Assembly: GCA_017542465.1 (NCBI GenBank)
Contig: JAFXXB010000008.1
Location: forward strand, 17,321-81,320
Direction: 5' to 3'
DNA length: 64,000 nucleotides
DNA from: Bacilli bacterium
Lineage (GTDB): Bacteria > Bacillota_I > Bacilli_A > RF39 > UBA660
Position 1 is the first letter of the stretch; each line of letters starts with the position of its first letter. This document shows, in pieces, positions 59,001 to 64,000 of the stretch. Below the pieces are notes generated by a model, which ran no database searches, was not told where the DNA came from, and worked only from the letters and a program-made list of their open reading frames with translations. The position numbers were made by a program, and so were the translations under genes.

Positions 59001-61869
59001 TTACCATATTTCCATCATTTATCTTATAGAATATTTCTTGAGTACCAGTATCTTTATTTTTTATTCTCCATATTTTAACTTGATCAATTACAATTCCACT
59101 AAATACTTTTCTTTCATTAGCAGATGATGTTTTTCTTGATGATAAATCATATCCTGATTCATTATCTTTTCTTCTAAATACAAGTCCTGGATAACCAGAT
59201 GCTTCACGCTTAGTATTCATGAACGTTGCTTGAGATACTTGATCAGATGAATTATAACTAACAATAGTGAATCCTATTTCATAATCTTTATCATGATTTT
59301 CTGAATTATATAATTGAATTCCAGTATCTATATATTTTCTTTCACCATCAGCATATGAACAGTTAGTTCCTGTTATAACACCTGTTGAACCGTTAAATGT
59401 ACATTCACCTGGTTCACTAAAGACTGTTGGAAATAAATCATCATTCCAATGTGCAATTAGTGTTATATCACTTTCTGGTGTATATGGTGCAGTTATTTCA
59501 ACTCCATCAGTTAAACTAGTATACCATCCAGCAAATGCTTTATTAAGAGGTGCTGTTGGTGTAGTGAATGATTGAATAGTTTCACCATAATCAACTGTAA
59601 TACTATTTACTTCTCCTCCACCATTACTATCAAATGTTACTGTTACTCTTTCTAATGTATATATAGTTTCTAATATTATATCTTCAGTAATTGTAAATTG
59701 TTTTGTGTAGTTTGTATCATTATCAGACCATTTGAAACTATAATTATTTCTTTCTTGAGCAGTTAACGTAATAGTTTCACCATACATATATGTTCCATTT
59801 GCTGATGAGCCGCTAGTTAAGTATGTTCTATCAGTTATTGTTAATTCACATGGTAATCTATCATATTCATATACTACTTCTGTAGTACCAAATCTACTTA
59901 TTGTAGTTGTTACAGCAGTTGGTGAAATAAATCCTGTATAACTCTTAACTGCTGGTATGATTTGAGCATCACTTGTTTCAGTTAATTCATCTCTATCAGA
60001 TTCTACATATGATCCATCTAATTGTTGTTGTTTATGTATTACTACATATTGTGTATTTGTATTTGCTTCCCATTGAGCATATAAAGTAATCGAATTATTT
60101 TCAGTTATATTTGTTACTTCTACTCCATCTGCATAACTTGTACCTGTTCCTGTAGGATCAGTATTCCATCCAATAAAATGATATCCAGTATATGTAAATG
60201 CATTAGTAGTTAAGTTAGCTGCTGTATCATATGTTAATGTTTTAGCATCCATAGTACCTTCAGCAAACTCACTATTCTTATCGAATACAACTTGATATGT
60301 TTGAGCTGAATAAACTAATGATAAAGTTACAGCATCAGTTATTGTAAATTGTTTTGTGTAGTTAGTATCATCATCAGACCATTTGAAACTATAATTATTT
60401 CTTTCTTGTGCTGTTAATGTAATAGTTTCACCATACATATATGTTCCATTTGCTGATGAACCATTACTCAAGTATGTTCTATCAGTTATTGTTAATTCAC
60501 ATGGTATTCTATCATATTCATATACTACTTCTGTTGTTCCAAATCTGCTTATTGTTGTTGTAACTGCAGTTGGTGATGTAAATCCTGTATAACTATTAAC
60601 TGCTGGTGTGATTTGAGCATCACTTGTTCCAATCAATTCATCTCTATCTACTTCTACATAAGAACCATTTAATTGTTGTTGTCTATGTATTACAACATAT
60701 GGTGTATCAGTATTTTCTTCCCATTCAGCATATAAAGTAATAGTTCCTTCAGTTGCTATATTCTTAACTGGTGTATCTACACTATAACTAGTACCAGTTC
60801 CTGCTGGATTTGTATTCCATCCAGTTAGATGATATCCAGTGTATGTATAAGTTGTATCATTAAAGTTTGCTTCAGTATCATATGTCATTTGTTGATTATT
60901 CATTGATCCTTCAGCATATTCATTATTCTTATCAAATACTACTTCATATGTATTTGGAGTGTATATTTGATAAATCTTTATTGGGCTTGTTATAACAGTA
61001 TCCTCTGTTACTTCATTTCCATTTTCATCAACATATTTATCAAATGTATAACCAGGAACTTCTTCATGAGTTAATGTTCCAACTTTTTGACCATATGTAA
61101 TAGTTTTAGTTCCTACTACATTTCTATCTTTATTATATATATTTATTTCATATGTTTCATATTCACCAACTAATTCAATATCAGTAAATATAGCATTAGA
61201 CTCATATTCACCATTTGCATATATAATTGTTGGAATAATTATTAAAGAAAAACATAGAACAAATACTGAATATTTAAGTTTCTTATCTTTTATATATATA
61301 AATAAGAGTACTATACCTACAAATGCTATAACTAACCAAATAATATATTTTAATATACTATCATGTGTAGTAGGATTGATGATTATATCATCACCTTTAG
61401 TTTCTCCTTCTTCATCTACAAATAAAAGTTTAATAACTAAATTATCTATATTTACCTTATCAACATTTTTAACTGTTTCAGTATATTTAAAAGTAACTTT
61501 AATACTTGTTATCTCATTAGGATTAACTAATCCTTCAGAATAATCATAAGTAATAGACAAATTATTAATAGTATTATTATCACTTACACTTTTAAGATAT
61601 AATGGTTGAGTATCGTTATTCTTTATATTTAATTTAAAAGTAATATAATCATCTTTATTTTCAAATTTAATTTTACTAGTTATTTTATTAGAATCTAAAA
61701 CAGGAGAATCTACATCTATTGTTCCACCTACAGTTTCAACACTGTCAATAACTATAACGTTTGATTCAGCATTTACAACATTAATATTTAATACTAAAAA
61801 TAGTAATGATAATAGTAAAATTAATACTCTTCCACCGTGCTTCATATTGTCTATACTCCTTATTTTCAC
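56095..61869 (-). CDS. giant surface protein (1924 aa) with Listeria-Bacteroides (Flg_new) repeats and three copies of a ~220-aa Cys-containing extracellular domain
   Basis: Signal peptide (VVNA|ES). About 140-aa domain. Two TM helices (aa about 172-215). Multiple LBR/Flg_new units (e.g. KEGYTFDNWYTDDTYTTVFDFDNTVITNDTTIYAKF). Domain copies begin SWDEIVSNL.../SWTTIRNNL... with CEKE, CG-VIEFA and AFRIG motifs. C-terminal copy ends SGIRPVVII. Confidence 0.7.
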   Translation of the reverse strand: MKIRSIDNMKHGGRVLILLLSLLFLVLNINVVNAESNVIVIDSVETVGGTIDVDSPVLDSNKITSKIKFENKDDYITFKLNIKNNDTQPLYLKSVSDNNTINNLSITYDYSEGLVNPNEITSIKVTFKYTETVKNVDKVNIDNLVIKLLFVDEEGETKGDDIIINPTTHDSILKYIIWLVIAFVGIVLLFIYIKDKKLKYSVFVLCFSLIIIPTIIYANGEYESNAIFTDIELVGEYETYEINIYNKDRNVVGTKTITYGQKVGTLTHEEVPGYTFDKYVDENGNEVTEDTVITSPIKIYQIYTPNTYEVVFDKNNEYAEGSMNNQQMTYDTEANFNDTTYTYTGYHLTGWNTNPAGTGTSYSVDTPVKNIATEGTITLYAEWEENTDTPYVVIHRQQQLNGSYVEVDRDELIGTSDAQITPAVNSYTGFTSPTAVTTTISRFGTTEVVYEYDRIPCELTITDRTYLSNGSSANGTYMYGETITLTAQERNNYSFKWSDDDTNYTKQFTITDAVTLSLVYSAQTYQVVFDKNSEFAEGTMDAKTLTYDTAANLTTNAFTYTGYHFIGWNTDPTGTGTSYADGVEVTNITENNSITLYAQWEANTNTQYVVIHKQQQLDGSYVESDRDELTETSDAQIIPAVKSYTGFISPTAVTTTISRFGTTEVVYEYDRLPCELTITDRTYLTSGSSANGTYMYGETITLTAQERNNYSFKWSDNDTNYTKQFTITEDIILETIYTLERVTVTFDSNGGGEVNSITVDYGETIQSFTTPTAPLNKAFAGWYTSLTDGVEITAPYTPESDITLIAHWNDDLFPTVFSEPGECTFNGSTGVITGTNCSYADGERKYIDTGIQLYNSENHDKDYEIGFTIVSYNSSDQVSQATFMNTKREASGYPGLVFRRKDNESGYDLSSRKTSSANERKVFSGIVIDQVKIWRIKNKDTGTQEIFYKINDGNMVKLNDLSSYNPEFALNVWFGAAPANEQANVAQRILVGTMKDMYIKLGTYQDEVPVEYTATYDANGGIVTTTSKTVNKNEQIGELPIPTAPITMEFDGWYTGISDGIKIDETYLLNDDVTLYARYNSLCGTFSTDSWDEIVSNLNNDSSYYPVGCEKEIMVNNTTYPVRLINTTINDNCNTSSDISQTGCGFVIEFARKIGSRPMSNSYWNDGGWKESSLRSYLNSTFYNSLSDDLKNVIIDTNPVVSGSGKGGVSANANDKVFVLALSEVGRHDFNYDTKSGMRTLDYYLLKDLPGFKIHLGWLRTAQKSSNSNYFLGMGGSVASADYSTGEVTPAFRIGIKPKYIVSFDTDEGSSVTSQTITYGAKATRPTIDPTKEGYTFDNWYTDDTYTTVFDFDNTVITNDTTIYAKFDSPCKTFTTDSWTTIRNNLESDSSYYAVGCEKEVEIDMNNDSVPESYTVRLTNTSTPEACSTEGYSQTACGTVIEFADIVTSLRMNAINSNTGGWSTTEVITYLNGDFYTKLPNELRSVIIPTYSIVSGSGPDGISPNITEEDITKNKIYLLSTREVGFDAETDNKKDITTDTRTLDYYVTNPFNHQKIKKDLNNVAQDWWLRSAISDQSYSFFVTRDIGFLDRGYNIINASGIAPAFRIGTMPEFTVSFDTDAGSSVSSQTIIYGEKVTRPSTDPIKEGYIFDNWYTDNTYTTLFDFDNTKITNDTTIYAGYNNESNIVLPTGRTKDNLEVGDEVCINGNTIECFNFIRYDGNDIVLLSKWNLKVGTINEVVSGTLVEIGRYTDSDEGYGVQSSDVRGAVANGLWNGTLPFAASFYWSDGSGIKSKYGGLRDSNDIYDIDYRSEPDFNNLGYETPGYSVAYYVRNYENILKSYGAPIKTSRLITYDEVTDPSIGCDHEEWNCPTTGFITNTTFWLGSAHDDTYIWLIDTGGYFSNGDINDYSSGIRPVVIIDKADL
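56830..58620. repeat. intragenic tandem duplication, 2 x ~936 nt (Cys-domain + LBR unit; aa about 1084-1370 and 1372-1680)
   Basis: Near-identical stretches, e.g. 56851-57020 versus 57790-57960. Confidence 0.65.
59660..60960. repeat. intragenic tandem duplication, 2 x ~660 nt (aa about 305-520 and 522-737 of the 1924-aa protein), high nucleotide identity
   Basis: Long near-identical strings recur with a 660-nt period (e.g. 59821-60090 versus 60481-60750). Confidence 0.7.
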
Positions 61870-61932
61870 TATATATCATTATAACATAAAATAGATAAAA
61901 ATTAATAGAATTAATGAGTTTTTTTTAATAAA

Positions 61933-61960
61933 AAAAGATACATATAAATGTATCTTATAT
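61933..61960 (-). terminator. rho-independent terminator (AAGATACAT-ATAA-ATGTATCTT plus T7) after the T2SSF-like gene
   Basis: 9-bp stem followed by TTTTTTT on the minus strand. Confidence 0.5.
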
Positions 61961-62788
61961 ACCATTGAAGGTTTGTAAAATAGATAGTAATAACAATGCC
62001 ATAACTCCAATACCAGTGAAAATTAACATACGCATTGTTTTACTTTCCATTTTATCTAATCTCTCTTTATATCTTGCTTCTCTTGCTTTTTGTTGTAATG
62101 ATGAAACATTACGAGAGAATGTTAATAATTGTTCTTGTTTTCTTTCTTGTTTACCTAATCCTAAACGATATAATAAACGCATCATTCTCATTGAATCTCT
62201 AACTGGGAATTCTTTAGCAAAATCCATATAAGGTTGAATTGTAGAATCACCAGCATTAATCTTCTCAATCATTTCCTTAAGACCTTCTCTAAAGATTTCA
62301 GGAGCATCACCTACAGATTTACCTAAGGCAACTGGAACTGTATAGTGTTGAATTAAAATCTCTAAGTTCTTTAAGTAATATGGTAATTGAGTATCAATTA
62401 AATGTAAGTGAGATTTATAGTAATTCTTTAATTGTAGATATGGTAGTTTAAACATACCAAAGAATGCAACAAATAATAGTAATACCATTACACCTGACAT
62501 GTATTTAATAAGTAAGAATCCTAATCCTAAAGAAACTAATAAAGCATTCTTTAATCTCGAATTAAATAACTTATCAATATCTACTGCATCACCATATTTA
62601 GCTTTAGCATAGAATTCAAAATCATCTTCTTTTAATCTTTGGAAATATACAGAGTTATCATCAACAAACTTATTAATGTTGAATCCACCTATATATTGCA
62701 TAACTAAGAATACGATGACTGCTAGTAATAAAATTTCATAATACATACTACTCAACCCCCGTATCTTCGTTATAGAACTTTTCACCAC
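61955..62788 (-). CDS. T2SSF-domain membrane protein (TadC/GspF-like)
   Basis: 277 aa. N-terminal TM. About 120-aa helical cytoplasmic domain (LGKSVGDAPEIFREGLKEMIEKINAGDS...MRLLYRLGLG). Two C-terminal TM segments. Topology and size match TadB/TadC. Confidence 0.45.
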   Translation of the reverse strand: MVKSSITKIRGLSSMYYEILLLAVIVFLVMQYIGGFNINKFVDDNSVYFQRLKEDDFEFYAKAKYGDAVDIDKLFNSRLKNALLVSLGLGFLLIKYMSGVMVLLLFVAFFGMFKLPYLQLKNYYKSHLHLIDTQLPYYLKNLEILIQHYTVPVALGKSVGDAPEIFREGLKEMIEKINAGDSTIQPYMDFAKEFPVRDSMRMMRLLYRLGLGKQERKQEQLLTFSRNVSSLQQKAREARYKERLDKMESKTMRMLIFTGIGVMALLLLSILQTFNGI

Positions 62789-63650
62789 TTATAATGAAAT
62801 ATGTATTAATCCATATTACACCATGTAGTAATACTCTAACATACCATTCATTTAACATTATCTTATAAGTGTTAATATTTAATAAGGCTTGAACTAAAAT
62901 AGCTAAACCATATAAAGCAACACCGAATGTTAAGAACTTAGTATGAGATGCTTGTCTATCCATCTTATCTCTATATACACCTTCTACTAAAAGGTCAATG
63001 TCTAACATCATGTTTTCTAGTGATTCACCAGAGTCTTTAGCACCCTCTTTTGTAATTTGTACAAATAATTGATGCATGTTTTTAACCATATAATATGGAT
63101 ATTTCTGATCGAAGTAAGCAACCGCTTCATCAATCGTACCATTTGCATATGCCATATCTATAACTTTACAAACATCTGTATAAACAGGATCCTCTAAGAT
63201 ACCTGAATCTCTAACACCTTCAAGCGCTTTAACAAATGATTGTGTTGTATTAAATTCATTAATTACGTTTGTACAATAAACTTGTACTATTTCAAATATA
63301 TATTCTGAATATGTTTTTTGAGTCTTAAGATAAGACAAATATGGAATGAACATAACAGCTATTGTGAAATATATAATTGCTCTTACTATTGAATAGAAAT
63401 AGAAATAACTAACTACTGCTGCTCCACCACCTATAAGTAATACTTGAATAGCATACTCTTTTGGCGTATAGTCAGCACCTAATTCTTTAGATTTATTTCT
63501 AACTTCTTGATATGTATATGGAGCATATTTATTATATATGTCTCTTATAGTATTAACTATAAAAGTATATACAGATTCACCATTTTGCATTCTATATGAT
63601 AAAACAAATACTGCAATTACAAGCATTATGACTAATTCCATATAAAACAT
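62748..63650 (-). CDS. T2SSF-domain membrane protein (TadB/GspF-like)
   Basis: 300 aa. Same TM / helical-domain / TM architecture. Overlaps the downstream gene by 41 nt. Confidence 0.45.
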   Translation of the reverse strand: MFYMELVIMLVIAVFVLSYRMQNGESVYTFIVNTIRDIYNKYAPYTYQEVRNKSKELGADYTPKEYAIQVLLIGGGAAVVSYFYFYSIVRAIIYFTIAVMFIPYLSYLKTQKTYSEYIFEIVQVYCTNVINEFNTTQSFVKALEGVRDSGILEDPVYTDVCKVIDMAYANGTIDEAVAYFDQKYPYYMVKNMHQLFVQITKEGAKDSGESLENMMLDIDLLVEGVYRDKMDRQASHTKFLTFGVALYGLAILVQALLNINTYKIMLNEWYVRVLLHGVIWINTYFIISGEKFYNEDTGVE

Positions 63651-63666
63651 CCTTTCATATTATTTA

Positions 63667-64000
63667 TTATTGTACTGTACCACCTATATTTGTATCAGTA
63701 GTAACTGGAGCAACTTGTGGTTGTACAGGTTGTTGAACTACTTGTTGTTGAACTTGTGGTTGAGGAGCAACTGGTGCTACTGGAGCTTGTGGTTGAACCG
63801 TTTGTGCCACTTGAGGTTGAGCTGGTTGTTGAGGTGTTTGAGTTGCAACTTGAGGCATCTCTAAACCTTGAACAGCTTCCTTCTTAGCTTGAGCCACTTG
63901 TTCAGGAGTTGATTCATGAATAGTATTTTCACCATTCATATTAAACATATCTCCTTCTGTATTCTTAACTTCAGGTTTCTTTTCTTCTTCTACTGCTTGA
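63667..64000 (-). CDS. C-terminal part of a protein with a Pro/Gln/Val-rich low-complexity tail (gene continues beyond the window end)
   Basis: The reading frame stays open upstream of the listed Met through to position 64000 (...QAVEEEKKPEVKNTEGDMFNM...). The tail has PQ(V/A) repeats. Confidence 0.4.
   Translation of the reverse strand, partial: QAVEEEKKPEVKNTEGDMFNMNGENTIHESTPEQVAQAKKEAVQGLEMPQVATQTPQQPAQPQVAQTVQPQAPVAPVAPQPQVQQQVVQQPVQPQVAPVTTDTNIGGTVQ

Overview
AT-rich (roughly 27-30% GC) chromosomal segment of a low-GC Firmicute with standard genetic code (TGG used for Trp). The organism looks Erysipelotrichia/Clostridia/Mollicutes-like, with a minimal SufS-SufU pair and no SufBCD in view. 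Nearly all genes are on the minus strand. The conserved backbone includes rmuC (partial), a DedA-family membrane protein, lepA, dut, nrdD, a divergent Crp/Fnr regulator, and the heat-shock operon hrcA-grpE-dnaK-[pepF-pepF]-dnaJ carrying a CIRCE operator. It continues with rnc-smc, an NrnA-like DHH phosphoesterase, tRNA-Ser(GCU), htpG, nusB, rpsT, recD2 and sufS-sufU. Set into this backbone are five non-core items. (1) A 3656-aa modular surface protein with five repeated modules, a Thr-rich stalk, a C-terminal TM helix, and a cytoplasmic tail resembling a catalytically dead, truncated MnmA (tRNA 2-thiouridylase) PP-loop domain. It is followed by a transglutaminase/NAT-like Cys-His protein and a 67-aa metallothionein-like protein that is 27% Cys. 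(2) A radical SAM enzyme with viperin-like motifs, translationally coupled to a LysR regulator. A paralogous LysR 2.5 kb away heads a NUDIX / Ham1-ITPase / dCMP-deaminase operon. (3) An unexplained ~400-nt non-coding region ending in a terminator that abuts the RBS of the next gene. (4) Two T2SSF-family (TadB/TadC-like) membrane proteins upstream of a 1924-aa Listeria-Bacteroides-repeat surface protein that carries young internal tandem duplications. (5) A 1167-aa acidic protein with a 40-aa tandem repeat. No rRNA, CRISPR array, transposase or integrase was recognised.
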